Shown here: in pieces, positions 9,107-17,112 of the stretch
Layout of the letters: the number at the start of each line of letters is the position of its first letter
Position numbering within the stretch: the stretch's first letter is position 1
Source: a virus
Lineage: Duplodnaviria > Caudoviricetes
Reading direction: 5' to 3' (one strand)
IMG/VR virus record: IMGVR_UViG_3300025875_000064
Location: 1-39,548 of that record
Length of the DNA: 39,548 nt
Notes under the pieces: model-generated
Told to the model about the DNA's origin: nothing
The model's input: only the letters and a program-made list of their open reading frames with translations
The model's database searches: none
Made by a program: the position numbers and the translations under genes

Positions 9107-9844
9107 CTAGGCTGCCGGCTTGGGTTTCCTGCTGGCAAGCAGTTCCGGCATGGGCGCGTCCAGCAGCGCCCTATATGCGCTTGCGACACTTCGGACGATC
9201 TTCAACTGGTCGCTGGGGTGCCACACGTGCCGGGCATCCAGTTGGAGGGTCACTGCGCCTTCAATCTGGATGACTGTGTTCAGCTGGTCGGTTGTGAGGT
9301 GGTCTCGGATGTTGGCATTACCTGCCAGTTCCCAGCGCTTTCGAAGCTGGTATGCGCTCCCACCAAATAGGATTTCATAAATAGCGTCGGTGTTGGCGAC
9401 GTAGTGCGTCCAGTCAGTCGCCCCATGGGCTTTGTACGAGTCGGTGGCCGCGACCCTGACAGTTTTACTCCGACCGCGCGTTTCAGCGCGCTCAATCGTT
9501 CTCCGAAGAGCCTCCTGTTCCAAGAGATTGAACGCCTGAATGTAGCGCTCTTTCCAGCGCATTGCTTCAGGACCCGTGAAGCCCATGACCAGCAGGGAGA
9601 ACCCGTCTCGCGTCATCCGGTACATGGGTAAGGACCGGTTCTGAGACGACCTGTAAGAGGAGAGCTCAAAATTGAGCCCTCTGAATTCCTCGCTGCATTC
9701 AAGGGTTTGGATGTCCCGAAGAACGTTTTTATGTTCCCGGCTGAACCTCACAGCGACATCCAGGGAATTTACAAAAGGGCGCTCGTCGGTGAAATCCACG
9801 AGCTGCAGTGCTTCAAACATAGTGAGTTGATGATCCTCGGCCAT
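9107..9844 (-). CDS. rha: Rha-family phage regulatory/antirepressor protein
   Basis: SLDVA..F.REHKNVLRDI...NFELSSY...PMYRMTRDGFSLLVMGFTG..A..WK..YI.AFN..E signature. Confidence 0.9.
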   Translation of the reverse strand: MAEDHQLTMFEALQLVDFTDERPFVNSLDVAVRFSREHKNVLRDIQTLECSEEFRGLNFELSSYRSSQNRSLPMYRMTRDGFSLLVMGFTGPEAMRWKERYIQAFNLLEQEALRRTIERAETRGRSKTVRVAATDSYKAHGATDWTHYVANTDAIYEILFGGSAYQLRKRWELAGNANIRDHLTTDQLNTVIQIEGAVTLQLDARHVWHPSDQLKIVRSVASAYRALLDAPMPELLASRKPKPAA

Positions 9845-9934
9845 AGTGGCGCTCCCAGTGGAGCCTTAGGCCTTGACCGGCACAGTGCTTTGTGCAAAGT
9901 GCATGTATCCAACGCGGTCGCCTAAGGCGGTTGC

Positions 9935-9973
9935 AAAAGGCCCGTCCGAGTAGCATCGGCGGGCCTTTCTTTT
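9935..9973 (+). terminator. Intrinsic terminator hairpin, possibly bidirectional, in the rha leader
   Basis: AAAAGGCCCG-TCCGA-gtagca-TCGG-CGGGCCTTTCTTTT. Confidence 0.7.
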
Positions 9974-10216
9974 GTCGCCCCTGGCACAAGGCAAGTCAAG
10001 CGACAGCGGGCTCGTTTCATTCACTCATTGTTCGCGGATGTTCTCTCGCCGCCTCTCGATCTATCAGCGCCCCGAAGGTCGCTTGTGTTGGTATCGATGC
10101 CGTGGGGATGCCGCTTACTGTGCCCAGCGGTGGTAATGGCCAAAACGTCCCCTCCGGCCCCAGGCACACGCCTCGATCTCGTTGCTACCGCATCAGCGAT
10201 AGCGGGTAGGGATGGG

Positions 10217-10402
10217 CTAGGCCGGCTGACGCGCATCAAGCGCGCGAACCGCTTTGATCGCAGCCTTCACGCGGCGCTCCAGTCGAGCCAGTTCCTGCTT
10301 TGATGTCTGATCTCCAGTAGCAGCAAAGGCGATCAGGCCATCAACATCGAAGCCGTCTGCTGCGCCGATCATGCGGGCGACGTAGAGCTCGTCTTGGTCC
10401 AT
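10217..10402 (-). CDS. Small hypothetical protein next to attP; paralog of 28457-28669
   Basis: RBS GAGG; 24 of 45 residues identical by hand alignment to the 28457-28669 product. Confidence 0.75.
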   Translation of the reverse strand: MDQDELYVARMIGAADGFDVDGLIAFAATGDQTSKQELARLERRVKAAIKAVRALDARQPA

Positions 10403-10428
10403 TTATCCGCCTCTCAGCATCATGTCCC

Positions 10429-10457
10429 ACAATACCACCCCTGTGAGTCGGGGTGAA
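10429..10457 (-). promoter_or_regulatory. Candidate sigma70 promoter for the attP-proximal gene
   Basis: TTCACC-N17-TATTGT with a TG extended -10 on the minus strand. Confidence 0.45.
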
Positions 10458-10474
10458 GGGGAAAGGGGAACGGA

Positions 10475-10509
10475 GTGGCAACGCCGGTGGGGATTTTCGT
10501 GGGACTTTC
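10475..10509 (+). repeat. Putative integrase arm-type sites, left arm of attP
   Basis: GTGGCAACGC, GTGGGGATTT and GTGGGACTTT at 12-bp periodicity (10475, 10487, 10499). Confidence 0.55.
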
Positions 10510-10608
10510 GGTTCCAGTTGATACCACCAGACACCGTTTGTTCCGATTTTCGGTTTGGTCACCGAAGGGCTCTAAATCGCGGAAACCCCCGCTGGCCATT
10601 GGTTCTAA

Positions 10609-10653
10609 TGGTCGGAGCGGCCGGATTTGAACCGACGACCCTTTGTCCCCCAG
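10609..10653 (-). other. attP: attP core: 3' half of tRNA-Pro(GGG), anticodon loop to CCA
   Basis: Minus strand reads CTGGGGG-ACAAAG-GGTC-GTCGG-TTCAAAT-CCGGC-CGCTCCG-A-CCA; no tRNA 5' half; 16 bp from the integrase stop. Confidence 0.9.
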
Positions 10654-10669
10654 GTAAAGCAGTGTGCAG

Positions 10670-11800
10670 TCATTCTGCATTTCGCGTCAATGCCTTACCA
10701 CCGGCCGCTTGCTCGTCCGTGGTAATTTTGGTGGCAGTTTCCGCTGCGTGCATCGCACCTCGTAGGTCTTCGGTGGAAACGTGGGCATAACGCAGCGTCG
10801 TCTTGATGTCCGTGTGCCCGAGAAGATCCTTCACCACGCGCAGGTTGCCTGTTGCTCGCAAAAGCCGCGTGGCACAAGTGTGCCGCAGGTCGTGGAAATG
10901 GAAGTTTTCAATCTGTGCCCGAGCAACGGCGCGCTCGAAAATGCTCTTTAGCCCCTCCGCATTGATTGGCTGCAAGGTTCCCTTGCGGGACCGTTCATCG
11001 TCGCCAAAGAGGTCGGGACGCTTCACCTGATAGACGAACACCTGAGCATGAGCCCTAGGCAACGGCCAAAGCAGTGCCCGAACCCCGTTTGAAACCGGGA
11101 TCGTTCGTGTCTTGCGTCCCTTGCCGGTGACCCGAAGCTGCCCGTTTCCCCAATCGATGTCTGCCCACCTCAGCCCTACGCACTCTTCCCGGCGGCAGCC
11201 GGTCAGTAGGGCGAAGCGTACGATCGGGTGATAATCCGGCCGCAGGGTCGCAAATAGTTGCACCTCTTCCTCCGCCTTGAGCTCGCGCACCCGCTCCTGC
11301 GGCTCCTTGAGAGCAAAATCCCCCCAATCTATCGGCTCCACAGATATCCGCCATTTCCGCGCTGCCCTAGTCAGCACGGCGCGCAACGGCGCGATCACGC
11401 CGCGGTTGATGGTCGCCGCAGATAGCGCCTTCTTCTCCTTACCGACCTTTGACTTCTCAGCGCGCCGCTTCGCAATTAGCCGCGCCACGTCCTCGGGGCC
11501 GATGGTCGAGATCAGCCGGGGCTTGCCTAGCTCCTTCTCAATCCAGTTCAGGTTTACCAGCATGGTTTCGGAGTTGGTCAAGTGCTGGCCGACCTCGTCC
11601 CAAAAACGACCGAAGGCCACTCCGACAGTGAGCGGAGCGCCAGCCTTCTCGACAAGAGCCGTTAGCCGTTTCTTCTGCTCGGCCTCGAACTCTTCAGCTT
11701 TGCGCTTCTGCGTTGCGCCAGTAGTGCCTGAATATCGGTCACCGTTGAGCCGGAAGTCGTAGCTGTAGACAGTTTGACCGGGCCGCTTGTAGACGGACAT
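10670..11800 (-). CDS. int: Tyrosine integrase
   Basis: LLTGCRREE, HFHDLRHTCAT and LLGH...TTLRYAH catalytic motifs; adjacent to attP. Confidence 0.97.
   Translation of the reverse strand: MSVYKRPGQTVYSYDFRLNGDRYSGTTGATQKRKAEEFEAEQKKRLTALVEKAGAPLTVGVAFGRFWDEVGQHLTNSETMLVNLNWIEKELGKPRLISTIGPEDVARLIAKRRAEKSKVGKEKKALSAATINRGVIAPLRAVLTRAARKWRISVEPIDWGDFALKEPQERVRELKAEEEVQLFATLRPDYHPIVRFALLTGCRREECVGLRWADIDWGNGQLRVTGKGRKTRTIPVSNGVRALLWPLPRAHAQVFVYQVKRPDLFGDDERSRKGTLQPINAEGLKSIFERAVARAQIENFHFHDLRHTCATRLLRATGNLRVVKDLLGHTDIKTTLRYAHVSTEDLRGAMHAAETATKITTDEQAAGGKALTRNAE
10719..10740 (+). repeat. Putative integrase arm-type sites, right arm of attP (inside the int 3' end)
   Basis: GTGGTAATTT and GTGGCAGTTT, 12 bp apart, same motif and spacing as the left arm. 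Confidence 0.55.
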
Positions 11801-11985
11801 GCCGTTTGCTTCCTCAGTGCTTTGAATGCCTCGATATCGCTCGGCTCATAGCGGCGCGATGGCCTCTTTTCGCCCCGACCCACATTGATGAAGGGGAGGG
11901 CGCCGTCGTCGGTCAAATCACGAAGCTGGCGATCGGATATGCCGAGCGCTGTCGCGGCTTGCTCTGGAGTGAGAAGCCCTGTCAT
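11662..11985 (-). CDS. xis: Excisionase-like HTH protein
   Basis: LLTPEQAATALGIS...L..L...G.LP...RRY...DIEAF pattern, directly upstream of and overlapping int. Confidence 0.85.
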   Translation of the reverse strand: MTGLLTPEQAATALGISDRQLRDLTDDGALPFINVGRGEKRPSRRYEPSDIEAFKALRKQTACPSTSGPVKLSTATTSGSTVTDIQALLAQRRSAKLKSSRPSRRNG

Positions 11986-11996
11986 GGTCCACCCCC

Positions 11997-12245
11997 ATGA
12001 CCCAGCCCCAAGACCCCGTAGATGCGCGTATCATCAAGAGCCGGCAGAACCTCGTTGGCTACAAAGCCATGCTCGATGCAGGTCAGGCGCCGTTCGAGAT
12101 TGAGGGCACGCTGAAGCTGCTGACCGACGAGATTGCGATACTCAGCGGCATGGCCGAGGGATCGCCAGGCAAGCGGGACAAGATCGAGCGGCTGATTGCC
12201 GACTGGCGCGAGGTTGTGAAGCGCATGAGGGCTAAAGCGGACTGA
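11997..12245 (+). CDS. Hypothetical helical protein, antisense within the left operon
   Basis: 82 aa with protein-like composition; fully overlaps minus-strand ORF 11982-12251. Confidence 0.5.
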   Translation: MTQPQDPVDARIIKSRQNLVGYKAMLDAGQAPFEIEGTLKLLTDEIAILSGMAEGSPGKRDKIERLIADWREVVKRMRAKAD

Positions 12246-12247
12246 GG

Positions 12248-12541
12248 TCATGGATTGCGCTCCAGCTTGCAACGCATCCAGTGGTTCTTGAGCGCACCGT
12301 ATGATTTTGCGTCTAGGGCAACTGTCTCGATGATTGTTCCGGCGTCGTCCAGAATGTCAGCGAAATGGTTTTTGATGTCTCCACCGATATCAACCCGGCC
12401 GCTTATACCGGCGCGGCGAAGCACTGTGTCCACAGACGCAGCACCGTCCACGAAACGCACCGCCTCGCACGCTCTTAAGTCCTCACCGACAATCCTGAAA
12501 AGCTTAAGTCCAACTGCTTGATCTGGAATGACGTGCGTCAT
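12248..12541 (-). CDS. Hypothetical protein
   Basis: ATGA-coupled to the upstream gene, RBS GGAGG; starts MTHVIP. Confidence 0.6.
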   Translation of the reverse strand: MTHVIPDQAVGLKLFRIVGEDLRACEAVRFVDGAASVDTVLRRAGISGRVDIGGDIKNHFADILDDAGTIIETVALDAKSYGALKNHWMRCKLERNP

Positions 12542-12960
12542 GTCCGCGCCTCCGCAAGGGCTGCTTTGGCCGAGAGGAAGGCGGCGACCATCGCGATTTC
12601 GGGCGTAGCGGCTGCGTGGCTTGAGGCCAAGCCGAACGGATTGCCATTCTCGTCCAGAGCGATGAAGGTGCACTGCCAGTAGTGGTAGTGCACGTTCTTG
12701 CCGAGTGTCCAAGCTTGCCCCGGCAACTCCCGCTCAATCAGCGCCGTAATGGCGTCCAACGAGGCGGTGAACGCCGGAGGTTGCCGAACCCAAGTTTCAA
12801 CGCTGCCAAAGCTGTCATCAAGCCATTCACGGCCGCGACCCTTGCGAGACCGGTATTGCCAGCCGAAGCAAATGGCCAACTCTGCGTCCAGTTCGCGATC
12901 CGGCCCCTCGGCTTTCCGAACCCGCTCCAGCAGTTCCCGCAGTCTCGCTGCCTCAACCAT
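12538..12960 (-). CDS. Hypothetical phage protein
   Basis: GPDRELDAEL...P.FTASLDA...L.ER.LPG..W pattern seen in phage early proteins; RBS GGAGG. Confidence 0.7.
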   Translation of the reverse strand: MVEAARLRELLERVRKAEGPDRELDAELAICFGWQYRSRKGRGREWLDDSFGSVETWVRQPPAFTASLDAITALIERELPGQAWTLGKNVHYHYWQCTFIALDENGNPFGLASSHAAATPEIAMVAAFLSAKAALAEART

Positions 12961-13183
12961 TGTGGGCCTCCAATGCTGCGCGACCGGCGGAGGTGATGAC
13001 GTATAGTGCGCCCGACATAACCCCTGACTTAAGCCTGATGAGACCTTTCTGGTTCATCCGACGCGCCATCCCGCGCCCCCCGATCCACTCAGGCGGGAAG
13101 AAGCCGCTGCCCGCCATTCCGCCCTCGCTGGCCATGCGATCAAGCATCGACTTCTCGCGTTTCGTCAGCACCGCCTCAACCAT
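12953..13183 (-). CDS. Small winged-helix-like hypothetical protein
   Basis: Starts MVEAVLTKREK; KGLI...YVITSAGRAAL wing motif; RBS AAGGAG. Confidence 0.65.
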   Translation of the reverse strand: MVEAVLTKREKSMLDRMASEGGMAGSGFFPPEWIGGRGMARRMNQKGLIRLKSGVMSGALYVITSAGRAALEAHNG

Positions 13184-13880
13184 TTGCCGTCTCCTTGGTG
13201 AGAGCGGCGTCGATAACCCCGATCGTTCGGGATCTTTCGTGAAGGCCCATTTCGATGAGCCGCCCACGAACTGCCTTCAATGTTTCCGTAAGGCGATCTT
13301 CTGTCGTCCGCAGTTCCGCTACCGTGGCTTCTGCGGCCTCGGCGCGGGCACATTCCTTGTCAGCAGCGTCGGCCAAGCCCTTATTGATTTCGAGGGTGGC
13401 ATTAAGAGCTGATTGGCAGTCGACCATCTCCCGCTCAAGCTGCTCGATCCTCGCCTGTTCGGATGAAGGGGCGGCGTAGAGGGGCTCGATGGCGAACAGG
13501 TGCTTTGATCCAGCCGGTTTCTCCGGCCCGTGGCACCAGTTCCCCTCCGGTCCATAGCGCCAGCGGTACGCCACCACCGTTCCCGCGCTCTCCGGTAGAG
13601 CTGGAGGCTGGGGATCGACTGCCTTCTCCCAACAGGGCTGCGAGCAAACCCATCGGCCATCGCTAAGCTCGCATTCGGTCCCGCCATCCCCCTCCGCAGT
13701 ACTCATACCCGTTTTTCCGCACATGCAGCACTGCGGGGCTGAAGGCTGGGGAGAAGCGGCGAGGTAGGCGGCGACTGCTGCTGCCACGATGGGCTTGTAC
13801 CCTTCGGTCGTTTGCCAAATGTCATGACCTGCAGCGTAAGCTGCCTTGATGGCCTTCCCGTTCAGTTGGGGCTCAGTCAT
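13176..13880 (-). CDS. Hypothetical mosaic early protein (Cys-rich segment plus coiled coil)
   Basis: Starts MTEPQL; CCMCG...VCSQPC; VVAYRW...EPLYAAP; coupled to neighbours. Confidence 0.65.
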   Translation of the reverse strand: MTEPQLNGKAIKAAYAAGHDIWQTTEGYKPIVAAAVAAYLAASPQPSAPQCCMCGKTGMSTAEGDGGTECELSDGRWVCSQPCWEKAVDPQPPALPESAGTVVAYRWRYGPEGNWCHGPEKPAGSKHLFAIEPLYAAPSSEQARIEQLEREMVDCQSALNATLEINKGLADAADKECARAEAAEATVAELRTTEDRLTETLKAVRGRLIEMGLHERSRTIGVIDAALTKETANG

Positions 13881-14364
13881 CTTTGCCCCCAAGGGCTGCG
13901 GGAGCGGAAGGAAGCGGCTGCCAATGGGTGGGCTTCCATTTGAACGAACAGCCGGAAATGGGTTCGGACCACTCCCACCCGACATTCAACGGGCCGTCTC
14001 CACGTTGCCAAATGCTATACCCAGGGCTGCCCTCTTGATATTTGGCCATGAATGTTTCTCGCTGCCCGTGCTCTGCACTCCAAGCCAAGATGCGGGTGCC
14101 ATCCTTCGGAGCGGTTTCGATGGGCTCCCACTCGCTCACAGCGGTCGGCTCTGGGGTGCGGCGAAGGGCGGAACAGGCGGTTTGAACGCGAGCTAGGGCC
14201 GGATTTCCGTCACCTGTGAAGCTTGTCCATGCATAGTCAAATGGCACATGAACATTGCCAGCTTTGTAGCCATGCCTCATTGCTGCTTTCAAGGCTTCAG
14301 CAAGGTCTAGAGGCTTCAGCTCCACAGCCTCAGCCGGGGTGTGCGTGGTCATGGCTTCAGACAT
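13873..14364 (-). CDS. DUF551-like protein
   Basis: WEPIETAPKDGTRILAW...PTHWQPLP.AP signature; starts MSEAMT. Confidence 0.8.
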   Translation of the reverse strand: MSEAMTTHTPAEAVELKPLDLAEALKAAMRHGYKAGNVHVPFDYAWTSFTGDGNPALARVQTACSALRRTPEPTAVSEWEPIETAPKDGTRILAWSAEHGQRETFMAKYQEGSPGYSIWQRGDGPLNVGWEWSEPISGCSFKWKPTHWQPLPSAPAALGGKDD

Positions 14365-14749
14365 TGGTGTCACCTTTCCATCCGAACCATTTGTTGATTT
14401 GCGTTGATGCTCGGCGCTGTGGAGCAGCGGGGCGGAAGCCGGCGCCGCGCATCTTGGGACGTTCGTCGCGCTGCCAGCCGGCCGTGACGATGCGGTCGCG
14501 TTTCGCCTTGTCGGCGGCGTCCTTCGCGTCCTTTTTGGCCTTGCACTTGGTATGAGCCGGCCAGAGGTCGGAGTCGTTGTCCGAGCCGCCTTGCGCGATC
14601 GGGTCGGGATGCTCAATGAACCAGTCGCGCCCGCGGATCTGCTTACGACAGATGAAGCAGATGCCATTACGGGCGAGGAAGATGCGGGCGGCCCGCGGCC
14701 GGGTCATCTTCTTGCGCTTCGTCGGCGGAATGAACTGGAGATCAGCCAT
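14357..14749 (-). CDS. HNH endonuclease-like protein
   Basis: CFIC...IEH..PIAQGGSD..SDL.PAH.KC...K; the usual Asn position appears to be Asp. Confidence 0.8.
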   Translation of the reverse strand: MADLQFIPPTKRKKMTRPRAARIFLARNGICFICRKQIRGRDWFIEHPDPIAQGGSDNDSDLWPAHTKCKAKKDAKDAADKAKRDRIVTAGWQRDERPKMRGAGFRPAAPQRRASTQINKWFGWKGDTNV

Positions 14750-14957
14750 TTCCGGCCTCCTCCTCACCCATCACGGTCAGGGCCACAAGCGGGCCATCGT
14801 CCGTCTGCTCCACCGTGAGATAGCCGCGCCGTTCCAGACTCCGCAGGGCCTTGATGCCTGCAGCCGGGATGCTGTCCTCCTGGCGGAAGCAGTGGGAGCC
14901 GCCGGCAGCTGATACGCGCTGGAGAAGCTGCAGCTCTTGAGAGGTAAGGCGCTTCAT
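14742..14957 (-). CDS. Small winged-helix-like hypothetical protein
   Basis: MKRLTSQELQLL...LRSLERRGYL...ALTVMG; ATGA-coupled. Confidence 0.6.
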   Translation of the reverse strand: MKRLTSQELQLLQRVSAAGGSHCFRQEDSIPAAGIKALRSLERRGYLTVEQTDDGPLVALTVMGEEEAGNG

Positions 14958-15388
14958 GCTGGCACCTGCAGCCAAGCTTCATAGTCGGCTTTCATGTTGC
15001 GGAAGCGAGCTGCAGCCTCGGTGTTGGTATCGAGTTCTCTTCGACTGCTGATGCCGCAAACGCTGTAGATGGCCTGCACCGGATCATCGTGCCCGTTTTC
15101 GCCGCAGAAACGAGCAAAACCTCCCTCGTGGGAGATAATGCCCGCGATCTGGGAGAGACGGGCGGGCTTCGTCGGCGTGTCCTTGTCAGCTGGCGCCGGT
15201 AGCAGTTTGGGTTCCGCCAGCCGAGCAATCGCCACCCATGTCTCTTGATCTGGCATGGGAGTGCCCAGCGCGGCCTGTACCGCCTCCTGATGCTCAAGAG
15301 GCACCTCGAAGGACAGCACCAGCACCTTGCGGGTCTTGACCATTTTCCATTCGGAATAGGTTGCGCGGATTACAGCCAAATTGCTCAT
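14954..15388 (-). CDS. Hypothetical phage protein
   Basis: 144 aa, RBS GGGAG; C-terminal CGISSRRELD motif. Confidence 0.7.
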   Translation of the reverse strand: MSNLAVIRATYSEWKMVKTRKVLVLSFEVPLEHQEAVQAALGTPMPDQETWVAIARLAEPKLLPAPADKDTPTKPARLSQIAGIISHEGGFARFCGENGHDDPVQAIYSVCGISSRRELDTNTEAAARFRNMKADYEAWLQVPA

Positions 15389-15441
15389 ATGAAGCTCCCG
15401 CCCGACCCCGAAGGGCCGGGCCTGCGCTGGTTAAACAGAAA

Positions 15442-15861
15442 TCAGAAAGGGATATCGTCGCCGGTAAACCCCGGATCGTCGGGTTCGAACTGAGGAGGGA
15501 TATCCTGAGGGGCTGGGCGCGATGTCTGTTGCTGAACGGGTTGCTGTGAGGGCCGTGGATTATCCGCCCTGCGAATGCGGATCGCCTCAACAGACTTGCC
15601 TTGAAAGTCGACCCAGGACGTAAAGAGGGTTACCTTCTTACCGGTCCAGTCGTCAGTTTCAGGCCCGTAGGCTCCACTGATGTTCGTGGCGTTTGTCTTA
15701 TTAAGAACGATGCCCTTCTCCTTACCGACAAAGTAAAGAACGGGCTTGCGATCATCTCCAATATCTTCGATTGCAACATGTGAGATAGTCACGGTCGGCT
15801 GACCGCCGTTGAGGTCTGCAGCTTTCAGGAAGTTGCTTGGGAAGGTGTCGTTGATGTTCAT
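15442..15861 (-). CDS. Putative single-stranded DNA-binding protein
   Basis: Beta-rich N-terminus, Q/P-rich linker and acidic C-terminal DDIPF tail. Confidence 0.65.
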   Translation of the reverse strand: MNINDTFPSNFLKAADLNGGQPTVTISHVAIEDIGDDRKPVLYFVGKEKGIVLNKTNATNISGAYGPETDDWTGKKVTLFTSWVDFQGKSVEAIRIRRADNPRPSQQPVQQQTSRPAPQDIPPQFEPDDPGFTGDDIPF

Positions 15862-15911
15862 CTTAGGGTCCTGTTGAGTTCGGCCAGCGGCCTTGGGGCA
15901 GTCATTTCGGC

Positions 15912-16625
15912 CTAAATGGCCGTCTTCTCTTCCACGATTTCAAATCCTGGAATTGAATAGGTTCCGCTCCGGGCATCGGAGTCGGCGAGCTTCTGCAAGA
16001 AGGCTCGGAAATCTTCGCGGCGTGTTCGCCAGTAGTGTTCGGCGGCTTTCGCGCCATCGACCAAAACAGCCTTGGGCGTACTGCGCAGGCCATTGCCTGT
16101 TACCGCGGCCTTGGTGGCTTTTGCTGCATCCCTCTCGGCGATCTTGGCGCTGTTCAGCAGATGCTCGGCATCTTGTCGCGCCAAGACGTTCCCTGCGCTG
16201 GAACGCATCGCCTCTTGAGCTTTGCGGCGGACTTCCTCAGCTTCACGCCGCGCGGCCTCGGCGATCGCCGCCTTCTCCGCTTCTCGCGCCTTTTTCCAAG
16301 GTGTCAGAACCTCTTTGCAGGCGGTGGCGATGGTGTCCGCACGGCCGATAACCGGCTTCCATTGTGCATCGACCGCTTTAGCCGCCTTGTCGTGGGGCTC
16401 TTTCTCGGCCTTGCGAGCGGCGTCTGCTGCCGTCTTTGCCTTGCGGGACAGGTCCAGTAGCTTCTCAACACCCTCGGCATCAGCTTCGGACTTGATACCA
16501 TCGCCGTTCAGCCAGGCTTCGGACTCGGTCCAAAGATCGTTGATGACTTCGTTGTGCTCGTCAAAGGGCGAGCGGTTCCCGCCCATGACGATGCGATCAT
16601 TTTCCGTTACGGTCAGAGCGCTCAT
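15912..16625 (-). CDS. Coiled-coil protein of the recombination region
   Basis: Starts MSALTV, RBS GGAG; ARKAEKEP...AKAVDA.WKP; C-terminal IPGFEI. Confidence 0.7.
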   Translation of the reverse strand: MSALTVTENDRIVMGGNRSPFDEHNEVINDLWTESEAWLNGDGIKSEADAEGVEKLLDLSRKAKTAADAARKAEKEPHDKAAKAVDAQWKPVIGRADTIATACKEVLTPWKKAREAEKAAIAEAARREAEEVRRKAQEAMRSSAGNVLARQDAEHLLNSAKIAERDAAKATKAAVTGNGLRSTPKAVLVDGAKAAEHYWRTRREDFRAFLQKLADSDARSGTYSIPGFEIVEEKTAI

Positions 16626-16978
16626 GCCTTCTCCGATCCCGCCTGTGGGGCGGTCTTTGTTTCGGGGGTGGGGGTGGGGCAGTGCTCGGTGATGTGAAGA
16701 CCACAGCAAGCCGCGAGCGCATGTTCCGCAGTAGCTCCCCTAGAGTGGGTCCAACCAGGCAGGAGAACGATGGTATCGGCCTCCGTGCAGATGAAGCGGC
16801 AATAGTCAGCGAATGCTTCTCTGATCGGAAATGTCTCAGGGGGGCCGTCGTGCGGGTACTCGGCTGGGTTGTAAACCGTGTGCCCCTCCGCTCTCAGCTC
16901 GCCGGCCACTCGGTGAAACAGCGGATAGTTTGATTGCGGATAGCCTCGCATCGGCCCAGACAGGTAAATTCTGGCCAC
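16622..16978 (-). CDS. DUF4406 / nucleoside deoxyribosyltransferase-like protein
   Basis: IYLSGPM.G.P..N.P.F...A..LRA.GH.V.NPA...AD.I.LLPGW..S.GA.AE signature; GTG start. Confidence 0.85.
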   Translation of the reverse strand: MARIYLSGPMRGYPQSNYPLFHRVAGELRAEGHTVYNPAEYPHDGPPETFPIREAFADYCRFICTEADTIVLLPGWTHSRGATAEHALAACCGLHITEHCPTPTPETKTAPQAGSEKA

Positions 16979-16980
16979 GC

Positions 16981-17112
16981 TTAAAGTCCTCCCGCCATAG
17001 CGCGCACAGCCTGGGCCTCGTATGCCGCTCCAGCAGCAATCGGAGCGCCAAGACGCAGGATGATGTTTAACGCGATGAACCAGTGCGTCGTGATGAGGCG
17101 AAGGGCGGTCAT
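16981..17112 (-). CDS. Small hydrophobic peptide
   Basis: 43 aa, ATGA-coupled, hydrophobic core. Confidence 0.45.
   Translation of the reverse strand: MTALRLITTHWFIALNIILRLGAPIAAGAAYEAQAVRAMAGGL

Noticed and set aside
10030-10043. Second LexA box GTTC-GCGGAT-GTTC upstream of the rha leader
   Set aside because: Spacer is 6 nt rather than the 7 of the alphaproteobacterial consensus; could only be rescued by a binding assay
10021-10239. 72-aa minus-strand ORF between the attP moron and the rha leader
   Set aside because: No clear RBS, low-complexity composition and competing ORFs on the other strand
10609-10690. Functional tRNA-Pro gene
   Set aside because: Only the anticodon loop to CCA is present; upstream bases cannot form the D-arm or acceptor 5' strand, so it is an att core
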